Below are positions 29,665-39,271 of a DNA stretch of 64,000 nt, piece by piece. The notes under the pieces were generated by a model. That model searched no databases, was not told where the DNA came from, and saw nothing but the letters and a program-made list of their open reading frames with translations. Positions within the stretch are counted from its first letter, which is position 1. Each line of letters opens with the position of its first letter. The position numbers were made by a program, and so were the translations under genes. Where the stretch lies: NCBI GenBank assembly GCA_965221385.1, contig OZ244885.1:2786405-2850404 (forward strand), read 5' to 3'. Source of the DNA: Dehalococcoidia bacterium. Lineage in GTDB: Bacteria > Chloroflexota > Dehalococcoidia > Lucifugimonadales > UBA3495.

Positions 29665-30384
29665 ATGGAAGTCATTCCCTCCATAGACCTGAAGGCGGGT
29701 AGGTGTGTCCGCTTATTCCAGGGCGATTTCAGCCAGGAGACTGTCTTTTCCGAAGACCCGGTTGCTGTCGCCAGGCGCTGGCAGGCCGACGGCGGATGCC
29801 GACTGCACCTGGTGGACCTGGACGGAGCCAGGGATGGCTCCCCTGCCAACTTGGCAACGATAGAGGCGATTGTAGAAGCTCTCACCATTCCGGTTCAGGT
29901 GGGTGGCGGGATACGTTCCCGGGAAACGGCCGATTCCCTGCTGTCAGCCGGCGTGGACCGGGTGGTATTGGGCACCGTTGCCGTGGAATGCCCAGACCTG
30001 GTGGAGGCCCTTTGCCGGGACTATGGCAGCTACCGGGTGGTGGTGGCCGTGGACGCCAGGGATGGCATGGTGGCCGTCAGGGGATGGACGGAAGCCAGCC
30101 AGGTTTCGGCCCTGGACCTGGGCAGGAGCATGGCTGGATTGGGGGTGGTCCGCCTGCTATACACCGACGTGTCGCGGGATGGGACCCTCACCTCACCCAA
30201 CTTTGCCGCCAACTCGGAACTGGCGCAGGAAACGGGCCTATTCGTACAGGCTTCGGGCGGGGTTTCAACGCTGGAACACATTCGGAGATTGGCCGCGACC
30301 GGGGTTGAGGGGGTAATCGTGGGGACTGCCCTGTACCGGGAATCATTCACCCTGCAACAGGCGATTGAGGCATCGGGAGGTTAA
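29665..30384 (+). CDS. hisA: ProFAR isomerase HisA
   Basis: IPSIDLKAGRCVRL, LHLVDLDGA, QVGGGIR and TDVSRDG. Confidence 0.94.
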   Translation: MEVIPSIDLKAGRCVRLFQGDFSQETVFSEDPVAVARRWQADGGCRLHLVDLDGARDGSPANLATIEAIVEALTIPVQVGGGIRSRETADSLLSAGVDRVVLGTVAVECPDLVEALCRDYGSYRVVVAVDARDGMVAVRGWTEASQVSALDLGRSMAGLGVVRLLYTDVSRDGTLTSPNFAANSELAQETGLFVQASGGVSTLEHIRRLAATGVEGVIVGTALYRESFTLQQAIEASGG

Positions 30385-30406
30385 CCGTGCCGCGTGGTAA
30401 CCCCGC

Positions 30407-30979
30407 CTAATCGGACTGGACCACTTCCGAGGGCCACCTCTGGGCCAGCCTTTCGTCCTCATTGGCCAACCAATCAGCCCGCAAGACTTCCATTAGGATG
30501 AAGTCTCGCCCCATGCGGCGCACGGGACGAACCGGGCAAAAGCCGCACTTGTTGAAACTGCGCTGCGCCCGATGGTTCCATTCCAGGGTGTGCAGATATA
30601 CTCGCTTCAGGTTGCGCTGGTTGAACATGAACTCCAGGAGAGTCACCACGGCATCATAGCCGTATGAATTGTTCCAGTAGTCCCGGTCGCCGATTACAAT
30701 GCCCAACTCAGCTTCCAGGTTGATGGTGTCCAGGTCATAGTACATACAGTTGCCGATCAGCTTGCCACCCTCTACGTCAATGCCAAAGTGGTGGGAACCT
30801 GGGGTGGGGTAGCGCAACTGGTCCTGGAACATCTTGAGATACCGGTCGTAGTTCATGGTGAGGGGGTAGGTGGCATCCAACTGGGCCAGTTCCGGGTCGC
30901 ATCGCCAAATATAATCCTGCTCTGCGTCCTCCAGTTTCTTGTCCCGAAGGGTCACCCGGGCGCCTCTCAATTCCGGCAT
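30407..30979 (-). CDS. GNAT acetyltransferase (RimJ/RimL family)
   Basis: AELGIVIGDRDYW and NHRAQRSFNKCGF. Confidence 0.85.
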   Translation of the reverse strand: MPELRGARVTLRDKKLEDAEQDYIWRCDPELAQLDATYPLTMNYDRYLKMFQDQLRYPTPGSHHFGIDVEGGKLIGNCMYYDLDTINLEAELGIVIGDRDYWNNSYGYDAVVTLLEFMFNQRNLKRVYLHTLEWNHRAQRSFNKCGFCPVRPVRRMGRDFILMEVLRADWLANEDERLAQRWPSEVVQSD

Positions 30980-30980
30980 A

Positions 30981-31454
30981 TCAGAAAGTCTTCTCCTGCC
31001 GCGAAATAATGCAGTGGGCCTCGCGCAGAACCTGGGCCTCATTGGGGTAGGCGAGCTTTTCGACCGCCACCTCGTAGGGGAACCATTGGACGACGTCGAA
31101 TTCGGGGTCATGGAGGCTTACATCGCCTCCCACGCTCTTCATCAGGTAGAAGTGCACCGTTTTGTGAAACCGGACCTCGTTGTCCTTGTCGGAAAACCAG
31201 TAGTCAATGCTTCGGATGCGGTCTTCAATTACCGGAACCAGCCCGGTTTCCTCCTGAACCTCCCGTAGGGCCGTCTCTTCCAGGGTTTCCCCCGGGTCCG
31301 GCGTTCCCTTGGCCAGGCTCCATCGCACCGGCTCGTCCCGGCCACAAAGTACAACCTCCAGTCTGTCATCCGTCCAGCGGTACACGACGCCGCCGGAAGA
31401 TACGGGCTCCTTCACCCGGGGCCTCTTGCCGCCGGGGGCCTTATGCTTCGCCAT
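30981..31454 (-). CDS. NUDIX hydrolase
   Basis: Nudix box GTPDPGETLEETALREVQEETG. Confidence 0.92.
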   Translation of the reverse strand: MAKHKAPGGKRPRVKEPVSSGGVVYRWTDDRLEVVLCGRDEPVRWSLAKGTPDPGETLEETALREVQEETGLVPVIEDRIRSIDYWFSDKDNEVRFHKTVHFYLMKSVGGDVSLHDPEFDVVQWFPYEVAVEKLAYPNEAQVLREAHCIISRQEKTF

Positions 31455-31696
31455 TGCCTCCCCTTGAATCAATTGAGTCGCGCCCCGCAGCAGACTCAAA
31501 GCAGAGTTCCAGTCAAGGAACCTATTTTAGGGTTGCTTGGAAGGGTAGTCAATTGCCCGGTTGCGCACCAACCCCTGGAAGGAATACGGGAAGGGTCGAG
31601 GAACAGGGTTGGCCCTCAGCTATTCCAATCGTGGGGGGTGGGCCGGTCTGCTCCCTGGTGGATAAACCTAAGCAACAAGAAGGCCGCCATTGACAA

Positions 31697-31960
31697 CTAT
31701 CCGCCACTGATGGCGGGAACGAAATGGACCTCGCTGTTCTCCCCTACCCGTTCCAGCAGGCCCATTCGAGCCACTTCACCATCGATGGAAACGGCCAAAT
31801 TTGACCGGACCTGATTGTCTTCCACCAGCTTCTCTCGTATGCCGGGGAACTGCTCGTCCAGGGCGTTTATCAGCTGCCTGACGTTGCGGGCTTCCACCTG
31901 AGTCTGCTTTACTCCGCCGGTAATTGGCAGGAGCATGGTGGGTATGTGTACGTTTGCCAC
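31697..31960 (-). CDS. MoaD/ThiS/CysO-like ubiquitin-fold sulfur carrier
   Basis: About 87 aa beta-grasp pattern ending in PAISGG; GTG start with GGGAG RBS. Confidence 0.88.
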   Translation of the reverse strand: MANVHIPTMLLPITGGVKQTQVEARNVRQLINALDEQFPGIREKLVEDNQVRSNLAVSIDGEVARMGLLERVGENSEVHFVPAISGG

Positions 31961-32107
31961 TTCTGTTGCTCCCAAGTGACCAAACTGTTGGGCCGAACCG
32001 GGCTTGCCCGAAGACCTAGTCAACGTCGCCGGGGCGCGGGGAGCGCCAGCCGGCGACGTTATGTTCAACCTGGGAAATATGGCCTTGAAGGCCGACCAGC
32101 GCCTTCG

Positions 32108-32584
32108 CTAAGCCTTCATTTTCTCTTCAGCATCCAGTACCGCGCGGACAATCTTGTCGTAGCCGGTACATCGGCAAAGATTGCCGGCCAGCCAGTGGCG
32201 GATTCGGCCTTCGTCAGCGTCGGGCTCCCTATCCAGCAGGGCCTTGGAAGCTACGATGAATCCCGGGGTGCAGATGCCGCACTGCAATGCGGCATTCTCC
32301 AGGAAGGCCTGCTGTACCGGGTGCAGCCCCTCAGGAGAAGCCACGCCCTCGATGGTGCTGATTTCCTTGCCCTGGGCTTCCACCCCAAGGACCAAGCAGG
32401 ACGTTACGATGCGGCCATCAAAGACCACGGTACAGGCGCCGCAGTTGCCGTCGTTGCAGCCCTCCTTGGTGCCCGTCATACCCAACACGTCCCGCAGCAC
32501 TTCCAGAAGGCTCTGACGGGGTTCGCAGAGAAAATCGGTGGGATTGCCGTTGATTGTGGTACTTACGTGTACAAGTCCAGGCAT
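32108..32584 (-). CDS. Xanthine/CO dehydrogenase family small (2Fe-2S) subunit, CoxS-like
   Basis: GCNDGNCGAC, QCGICTPG and GNLCRCTGY. Confidence 0.92.
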   Translation of the reverse strand: MPGLVHVSTTINGNPTDFLCEPRQSLLEVLRDVLGMTGTKEGCNDGNCGACTVVFDGRIVTSCLVLGVEAQGKEISTIEGVASPEGLHPVQQAFLENAALQCGICTPGFIVASKALLDREPDADEGRIRHWLAGNLCRCTGYDKIVRAVLDAEEKMKA

Positions 32585-32586
32585 GT

Positions 32587-33465
32587 TTACTCCTCTCCCC
32601 TGGCGCGCGCGATGGCGTTGTTCAAAGTGCGGCGCGTTAGTACGCCAACCAAATGGACCCGCTGGCGAATCGTCCCACGCATATCGGTGATGGGCTTTGC
32701 GTCCTCCATGGCCAGGCGGGCCGCTTCCTCGATAGCCTCTTCGGTTACAGCCTTGCCGGCCAGGCTATCCCCGGCTGCCCTGCTGAACACGGGGGTGGGA
32801 GCGACGGATGCCAGGGCAATGCGGGCGGATACAAAGCTCTGTCCCGACTGGTCCAGAACCACCGCGCTGCCCACGCCGGCAACTGCGATGTCCATTTCGT
32901 TTCGGGGTATGAACCGGAGATAGTTGGCGCCGGAACCGGCGGCAGGCGCGGGAACATTAATCGAAACCAGGATTTCGCCAGGCTCCAAAACGTTACGGCC
33001 TGGGCCGGTGCAAAAATCTTCCACCGCTACCTGACGGGAGCCATTGGGCCCCACGATGTTGGCGACGGCGCCCAGGGCGATCATGGGAGGAATGGCGTCG
33101 GCGCTGGGTGCGGAATTACAGAGGTTGCCGCCCAGGCTGGCGCGACCCTGAATCTGAATGCTGCCAATCAGCGAGGCCGAATCGACCAACCCAGGATAGT
33201 TGGCTGCCACGTCTTTGTTGGCGTAGATGCGGTGGCAAGGGGCTGCGCCGCCGATGGTCAGGCCCCCCTGGGGACTGTAGCTAATTTCGTTCAACTCGGG
33301 AATGTCTTTGACGTCCACCACCAGGTCGGCGCTGCGGCGTCCGCCACGAAGCTGCACCAAGAGGTCGGTGCCACCGGCTAATGCCCGGGCGCGGTCTCCT
33401 TTGGATGCCATCGCCTGGACTGCCTCATCAATGGTTTTCGGTGTGGTATATTCAATTGCTTCCAA
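32587..33465 (-). CDS. Xanthine/CO dehydrogenase family FAD-binding medium subunit, CoxM-like
   Basis: LAGGTDL, ASLGGNLCNSAPSAD and PITDMRG. Confidence 0.92.
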   Translation of the reverse strand: MEAIEYTTPKTIDEAVQAMASKGDRARALAGGTDLLVQLRGGRRSADLVVDVKDIPELNEISYSPQGGLTIGGAAPCHRIYANKDVAANYPGLVDSASLIGSIQIQGRASLGGNLCNSAPSADAIPPMIALGAVANIVGPNGSRQVAVEDFCTGPGRNVLEPGEILVSINVPAPAAGSGANYLRFIPRNEMDIAVAGVGSAVVLDQSGQSFVSARIALASVAPTPVFSRAAGDSLAGKAVTEEAIEEAARLAMEDAKPITDMRGTIRQRVHLVGVLTRRTLNNAIARARGEE

Positions 33466-33488
33466 CTGCCCACCTCCTTTCCTGCTGA

Positions 33489-33517
33489 ATTATAGCACTC
33501 CTCCCAATGGGTGTCAG
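33489..33517 (-). promoter_or_regulatory. Putative promoter of the coxM-coxS-moaD-like unit
   Basis: Minus strand CTGACA-17-TATAAT with extended TG. Confidence 0.6.
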
Positions 33518-33708
33518 CTATCGTGCAAGCTGACCGGCGCCCCAATATCAAGCCCCGGATTCCCTTCAGGCCTACCCATTTGACGGGCCCATCGATTTGC
33601 CTGTGGTTGAAGCGCTTCGACTCGCCACGGCAGCCAGTGCCCCTCTTGGGGGAAGGCCTCTGGTTCCCCCGCCATGTTGGTGAGTCCCCCTGCCCATATG
33701 GCTTCAAA

Positions 33709-33737
33709 TTGACAGCGTATATCCTCCGCCATAGACT
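33709..33737 (+). promoter_or_regulatory. Putative promoter of the CMD-Rid unit
   Basis: TTGACA-17-TAGACT. Confidence 0.6.
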
Positions 33738-33783
33738 TATGGCGGTTGCCAAACTGGCTGGCATTCTGGATTGGAGAGAGAAC

Positions 33784-34590
33784 ATGGCATCGCTGGAAGA
33801 GAGATACTTGGCCAGCTACCCGGTGCTCGTTAGGTTGGGGCGAGCCGACTCGGAAGGCGTTCCTGTGCCAAGCCCCATGATTAGCCGGGTGGCGCCGGAC
33901 CTGTGGCGAATGATTGGGGAGGCCTGTTTCGGCGTTATCTGGAACCGCCCCGGCCTCACCACCGAGCAGCGCAGCATGGCCACCATTTCCGTCATATCGG
34001 CCCTCAGGCGCGATGACAATCTGAAGGGCCACGTCGAGAGTGGCCTGGACATCGGCTTCACTCCAACGGAAATAGTGGAGATGATCATTCAGATTTTCTA
34101 CTACGTGGGGGCGCCCATCGCCAACACCGCCCTCGGCATCGCCAACGACGTGTTTGAAGAACGGGGCCTTCAGGTGGAGCCAATTCGGGTGTTCGACTCC
34201 GCCGAAGACCCGGAATCCATGCTGGCGCGGGGACAGGCCAAGCGGCTGGAGGTGCTGGGAGAGATAGGCCCCAGCAGCGAGCATGCGGTGGACCGGGAGT
34301 GGGACCGGTATATGCTGGAGTATCTCTGGGCTTCGGTATGGAGCCGCCCGGGGTTGGATACGACTAGCCGCATGATCTGCACCCTGTCGGTGCTGCCCCT
34401 GGTGGGCACCAACCGTTCCCTGCGGGACCACATCCGGGGAGCGTTACGCATCGGAATGACGGAGGAACAGATTAACGAGCTTTTCTTTCATCTGACATTT
34501 TACACCGGCGAGTCCATCGCCAGGCACGCGAGGGTAATTGCCCGGGAGGTCTTCTCCCGGAGCCAGGACACGCCCTCATCTTCCAGTTAG
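33784..34590 (+). CDS. Carboxymuconolactone decarboxylase family protein, two tandem domains
   Basis: Duplicated W.RPGL...R and H...L..G....I.E motifs. Confidence 0.85.
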   Translation: MASLEERYLASYPVLVRLGRADSEGVPVPSPMISRVAPDLWRMIGEACFGVIWNRPGLTTEQRSMATISVISALRRDDNLKGHVESGLDIGFTPTEIVEMIIQIFYYVGAPIANTALGIANDVFEERGLQVEPIRVFDSAEDPESMLARGQAKRLEVLGEIGPSSEHAVDREWDRYMLEYLWASVWSRPGLDTTSRMICTLSVLPLVGTNRSLRDHIRGALRIGMTEEQINELFFHLTFYTGESIARHARVIAREVFSRSQDTPSSSS

Positions 34591-34609
34591 ATTCTACGGG
34601 GGTGGCGCT

Positions 34610-34999
34610 ATGCCAAGAGAGTACTTCAAGGGGGATGCTGAGGAGGATCGGGCTTATTCGCCGGCCATCAAGGTTACCGGTGGAACCACCGTTTACCTGG
34701 CCGGTGTGGGCGCCACGACCGATGCCAACGGGAAGTCCCTGGGTGGCGACTTTGAGGGACAGGTCCGGGCTTCTTTCGAGCGTATACGGGCCAACCTGGC
34801 GCGGGCCGGGGGAGACCTGGACGACATAGTTACCATGACCGTGTTCATCAAGGATATGCAGTACGGTACCCACTTCACCCAGGTCAGAAAAGAGTATTTC
34901 TCGCGGGGATACCCCTGCAGCGCGCTCATCGGCATCAGTGAGCTGGCCCGTCCGGAGATGATGGTGGAGATTCAGGCCGTGGCCGTGGTTGGGGATTAG
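34610..34999 (+). CDS. RidA/YjgF family protein (lacks the Arg of active RidA)
   Basis: YSPA, GDFEGQ, PCSALIG and VEIQAVA. Confidence 0.85.
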   Translation: MPREYFKGDAEEDRAYSPAIKVTGGTTVYLAGVGATTDANGKSLGGDFEGQVRASFERIRANLARAGGDLDDIVTMTVFIKDMQYGTHFTQVRKEYFSRGYPCSALIGISELARPEMMVEIQAVAVVGD

Positions 35000-35241
35000 C
35001 AGTTAGTCAAGTCGGGAATGATTGTTTATGGGACACTTGTCATTCCGAGCGACAGCCGAGGAATCCCAACGGTGCGGGAGAGCCGTCATTGCCATGCCCA
35101 ACCTTTCTCGCCTTTTCTCCGGAAAAGGGAGCGTATGCTGGCCGCGGGATTGTTGGTTGTTGGGTGCGGTTGGGATTCCTCGACAGGCTCGGAATGACAG
35201 TTACTTCTACTACCCTATCATGCCTAACTTGACTGACTACT
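34998..35241. repeat. Nested palindromic (MITE/REP-like) element
   Basis: Outer imperfect IR 34998-35022 / 35218-35241; inner perfect IRs TGTCATTCCGAGC (35038-35050 / 35187-35199) and CGAGGAATCCCAAC (35057-35070 / 35169-35182). Confidence 0.75.
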
Positions 35242-35331
35242 TGCGACGCTTGAAGGTAGGGTCATGATCGCGCCCTGGCGAAACCGTTATTCAAACATCG
35301 CCGGCAGCGCCTTCCCAAATTGGGAATGGCC

Positions 35332-36375
35332 TCAAGCCAGTTGAGGAACCACCTCTTCGTTGAACAGGCGCAAGGAATTGAGCTGAAGGTTGAGGGGCAG
35401 CTGATTGCCCAGGTCAACCTCGTAAATCAATTGCGTCAACCCCAGGTCATCCCGAAGTTGGCGAATTCGCTGGGCCACCGTATCGGGTGCGCCGTAGGCT
35501 ACCTTGTCCCGCAGCCAATCGTCATATTCCATTTCCAGGATGCGGTCACCCTCGGCCTGCCAGTTTCCGGTAGTTGCCCCATATTCGGCATAGCTCCGTA
35601 CCCGATTGCCCAGTCGCTGGTACATGAACTCGGCGCCTTCGCGAGGGTCGGAGTAGGCCCGCTCTTCCGTTTCTGCCACATAGACGGGCACCCGGAGGCC
35701 AACCTCCGGCTCCCCTTGGTGGCCGGCCTCGCGCCACGCCCGGCGATAGGCACCTATGGGTTCGGCCAATTCGTCAAGGGAAAACACCCGCGAGGGGTTG
35801 ATGAGAATGGGATAGCCCATTCGTCCGGTGATGGGGAATGATTCGGCGGAGGTTATTCCAACCCGGATGGGTGGATGGGGTTCCTGCAGGGGTTTGGGTT
35901 CGACGCACAGATCTCTAATCTGGTAGAACTCTCCCTCAAATGAGAACGTGTCCTCCGTCCAGGCCTTCTTGATAATTTCCAGGCTCTCCTCGAACCGACC
36001 GCGACTTTCGGAAAAAGGGGTGTTGAAGCCTTCATGCACGTTGGGGAAGGTTCCCCGTCCCACGCCGTATTCCAGGCGGCCGTTGCTCAGCTGGTCCAGG
36101 GTTGCCGCCTCCTCTGCCAAGCGCACCGGGTGTCCCAGGGGCAGGCACTGTACCGCCAGGCCCATCCTGATGCGTTCCGTCCGGGCGGCTATGGCGGTGG
36201 CCACCAGCATCGGTGAGGACAATACCCGTCCGGGGTTGAAATGGTACTCCGCCAGCCAAACCGAATCCACGCCCAGCCGTTCCGCCTCATCAACCAGGGT
36301 GAAGGAGGCGTTGAAAGCCTCCTGGTATGTGGCTTCGGCCGGTCGGGGAAACTCCAGGAACAACCCTAACTGCAT
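35332..36375 (-). CDS. LLM class flavin- or F420-dependent oxidoreductase
   Basis: WLAEYHF, LAEEAATLDQLSNGRLEYGVGRG and PKPLQEPHPPI. Confidence 0.92.
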   Translation of the reverse strand: MQLGLFLEFPRPAEATYQEAFNASFTLVDEAERLGVDSVWLAEYHFNPGRVLSSPMLVATAIAARTERIRMGLAVQCLPLGHPVRLAEEAATLDQLSNGRLEYGVGRGTFPNVHEGFNTPFSESRGRFEESLEIIKKAWTEDTFSFEGEFYQIRDLCVEPKPLQEPHPPIRVGITSAESFPITGRMGYPILINPSRVFSLDELAEPIGAYRRAWREAGHQGEPEVGLRVPVYVAETEERAYSDPREGAEFMYQRLGNRVRSYAEYGATTGNWQAEGDRILEMEYDDWLRDKVAYGAPDTVAQRIRQLRDDLGLTQLIYEVDLGNQLPLNLQLNSLRLFNEEVVPQLA

Positions 36376-36512
36376 TTGGGAAACTCCAAACAAGAAAGGT
36401 TGGCGCTCCCTCCCCGCTAACGAGGAGGGATGCCGGCCTATTGGGTTTGTGGCCGTACTGGGCCGGAACCAGAGTTGCACCCAGGACGGGAACCGGGGAG
36501 GTACTTCAGGCG

Positions 36513-37196
36513 CTAGGCTCTCTGTGAGCCAGCCTGCTCAAAGGCGTCGCGGCGTTCCACGGTGGCGTTCAGCATTTCCCTGGGTATCGGCTTGGCGCCG
36601 CCGATGGTGGATGCCTGGGCCGCCAATTGGGCCGCGGCTTCCACCAGCGAGACGGACCGCGCCGCCTCCGCCGGGGTGGAACCGAAGGCCAGGATACCGT
36701 GATGTTCCATCAGGACGGCGCGAATATCCTGGGCGCTGTTAAGGGCATCGGCGATGTACTGAATCGAAAGGTCGGAACCCCGGGGGCCGTACTTGGCCAG
36801 GGGAATGCCATCGGTCATGTTGAACCGGGCCATGGCTTCGTAGCTGCACTCAATGGGCTGGCTGGCCACCGCAAAGGTGGTACCCCAGGTGGAATGGACG
36901 TGGACGGCCGCCCCCGCTTCCGGGCGGTTCTGGTAGATGACGGTGTGGAGGTGAACGATTTCCGCCTCCCTGGCGGTCATGTTCCCTTCGACGAGATGAC
37001 CTTCCAAGTCCACCAGCACGAAATCGTCCTTGCGAACGCTGTCCATATCCCCGCCAATGAGCAGGAAGGCGCCGCCGCCGGGAACGAGGGCGCTGAAGTT
37101 GCCGTGCTGTCCAATGCCCATGACGCCGGCCTTTTCGATGGCGTCAATGGCCTTCAACACCGCTTCCTTTTCCACATCCAGGTCTCTCAGGGCCAT
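36513..37196 (-). CDS. Class II aldolase/adducin family protein
   Basis: GNFS, LHTVIY, HVHS and MEHHG metal-binding histidines. Confidence 0.88.
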   Translation of the reverse strand: MALRDLDVEKEAVLKAIDAIEKAGVMGIGQHGNFSALVPGGGAFLLIGGDMDSVRKDDFVLVDLEGHLVEGNMTAREAEIVHLHTVIYQNRPEAGAAVHVHSTWGTTFAVASQPIECSYEAMARFNMTDGIPLAKYGPRGSDLSIQYIADALNSAQDIRAVLMEHHGILAFGSTPAEAARSVSLVEAAAQLAAQASTIGGAKPIPREMLNATVERRDAFEQAGSQRA

Positions 37197-37226
37197 ACTC
37201 TAACTCCTTCGAATCACCAGGGCCGG

Positions 37227-38165
37227 TTAACGATTTCGCAGTTTGGGGTCCAGCTTGTCGCGCAGCCAGTCACCCGACAGGTTCATGGACAACACTACCA
37301 GCAGGATGGCCAGGCCGGGGAACAGGGAAACCCACCAGCCGTTGCCGCCTACTATCAAATCCCTGCCGTCGGCGACCATCAGGCCCCATGCGGGGATGGG
37401 CCGGGGTATGCCCGCGCCCAGGAAGCTGAGGGTTGCTTCCAGCAATATCACGTGGCCCACCTCCAGCGTCACCAGCACCACCAGGGGATTCACCACGTTG
37501 GGAAAGATGTGCCGCAGCATGATCCGGGTATCGGTACAACCGGAGACCTTGGCCCGGCTGACGAAATCCCGGCTCCTCATGCTGAGGGTTTCCGCCCGGG
37601 CCATACGGGCAAAGCGCGGCCATAAGATTACTGCCACGACCAGCACTATGGTGCTGAAGCTGGGCCCCAGGACAATGGCCAGGACCAGGGCGAACAACAG
37701 CCCCGGTATGGTTATGAACACGTCCACCAGCCGCATGACGAGGTGATCCAGCAGGCCGCCAAAGTACCCTGCCAGCACTCCGAGGCCGCTTCCAACCACA
37801 CCGCCGGCGAGGATGGCCAGCAAGGAGATGCTCAGGGAGTAACGGGCGCCGTGCATAATTCGGCTGAGAACGTCCCTTCCCAACTTGTCGGTACCCAGGA
37901 TGTTTTCCCAGGACCCGGCCGGTCGCACTTCCACCCCGTTGAGGTACTGGGGGCCGCTCCAGGCCGGCGGCGTCAGCCGCTCCCGCGGGTTTACCTTGTA
38001 GGGGTCATGGGGAGCCAACCACTGGGCGGTTACTGCCGGAAAAACCAGCAGTACCACCAGGATGAACATGGGAATCAGGGGGTATCGCCGTGCCTCGGCA
38101 ATTAACTTCCCCAATCCCACCTGGGATGCAGCCGGCGCAACTGCGCCAATCCTGCTTATGTCCAT
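37227..38165 (-). CDS. Peptide/nickel-type ABC permease, DppC-like
   Basis: [17 protein letters not shown] and [10 protein letters not shown]. Confidence 0.92.
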   Translation of the reverse strand: MDISRIGAVAPAASQVGLGKLIAEARRYPLIPMFILVVLLVFPAVTAQWLAPHDPYKVNPRERLTPPAWSGPQYLNGVEVRPAGSWENILGTDKLGRDVLSRIMHGARYSLSISLLAILAGGVVGSGLGVLAGYFGGLLDHLVMRLVDVFITIPGLLFALVLAIVLGPSFSTIVLVVAVILWPRFARMARAETLSMRSRDFVSRAKVSGCTDTRIMLRHIFPNVVNPLVVLVTLEVGHVILLEATLSFLGAGIPRPIPAWGLMVADGRDLIVGGNGWWVSLFPGLAILLVVLSMNLSGDWLRDKLDPKLRNR

Positions 38166-38190
38166 AATCTGCCTCTCAACTATACCAGGG

Positions 38191-39126
38191 CTAGGCGTAG
38201 CGAATGCGCGGGTCAATGTAGGCGTAAATGATGTCCACGAACAGGTTGATGCCAACGAAAATTATCGCAAACACCAGGACGATCGTCTGCATCACCTGGA
38301 AGTCCCGGTTTCGTATGGCATCCACCGCCAGCAGTCCCACGCCGGGGTAGGAGAATACGGTCTCGGTGACCACGGTTCCGGTAACCAATTGGGCCACCAG
38401 CAATCCTAGCAAGGTGACCGGAGCAATTGAGGCGTTGCGGAGGGCGTGCTTCCACACCACTTTGGCCTCAGAAACGCCCTTCACCCTGGCCAACTTTACG
38501 AATTCGCTGTCCAGCACTTCCAGCATCGAAGACCGGACCAGACGCATCAGCGCCGCCACCTGGTACCAGCCAATGGCGAAGGCCGGCAGGATCAGGTGAA
38601 GCAGCATATCCCAACCGGGGTCGCCCCGACCGGACGTGGGCAACCAACGCAGCTGCACGGCAAATACCCACATTAGCATGATGGCAACCCAGAATGAGGG
38701 CGCAGATTGACCCAACAGGGCAAAGGTCTTTGCCAGGTAGTCGGGCATGGTGTCCTTCTTGACCGCAGACAGTACGCCAACGGGGAAGGCAATTACGATG
38801 GAAATCAACAGGGCCAACCCGGCCAACACCAGGGTGGCGGGGAATCGCTTGATCACCAGGTCCAGCGCCTCCCGTGTGGGGTGCTGCACCGAGCGGCCGA
38901 AATCGCCCACCATGGCATTGCGGATGAAGGTGAAATATTGGACATAAACCGGCTTGTCCAGTCCCCATTTCTGCTGCATCAGCTGGAACTCTTCGGGGCC
39001 GGCGTCCTCCGGCAGCAGCACGTCCATTGGGTCGCCGGAGAGGCGGGCGAGGAGAAAGATAATCACGCTGACGGCAAGCAGCACTATCAGGCTCTGGAAC
39101 AGACGCACAATAATGTATCGTTGCAT
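38191..39126 (-). CDS. Peptide/nickel-type ABC permease, DppB-like
   Basis: GLDKP, GDFGRS, ARVKG, HALRNA and YAYIDPRI. Confidence 0.92.
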   Translation of the reverse strand: MQRYIIVRLFQSLIVLLAVSVIIFLLARLSGDPMDVLLPEDAGPEEFQLMQQKWGLDKPVYVQYFTFIRNAMVGDFGRSVQHPTREALDLVIKRFPATLVLAGLALLISIVIAFPVGVLSAVKKDTMPDYLAKTFALLGQSAPSFWVAIMLMWVFAVQLRWLPTSGRGDPGWDMLLHLILPAFAIGWYQVAALMRLVRSSMLEVLDSEFVKLARVKGVSEAKVVWKHALRNASIAPVTLLGLLVAQLVTGTVVTETVFSYPGVGLLAVDAIRNRDFQVMQTIVLVFAIIFVGINLFVDIIYAYIDPRIRYA

Positions 39127-39142
39127 TGCTAACCTACATTAA

Positions 39143-39171
39143 AGTTGGCGCCGACTCCGGTTGGCGCCAAC
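39143..39171 (-). terminator. Hairpin between the SBP and permease genes (terminator/stabiliser)
   Basis: GTTGGCGCC...GGCGCCAAC inverted repeat. Confidence 0.55.
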
Positions 39172-39271
39172 CCTTTGTCAACCAGCCAGGCTGTCCATGG
39201 TGGACTTGCCTGGCTGGACTTCAAACGGGATTTGGCGGGTGGACTGTCCCTCCACTACGGCTGGTCAAAGC

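Noticed and set aside
6189..31960. PAC2 protein plus GG-ending ubiquitin-fold protein as a tagging/proteasome system
   Set aside because: The genes are 25 kb apart, there are no proteasome, E1 or JAB genes in the window, and the MoaD-like gene is better explained by its molybdoenzyme neighbours.
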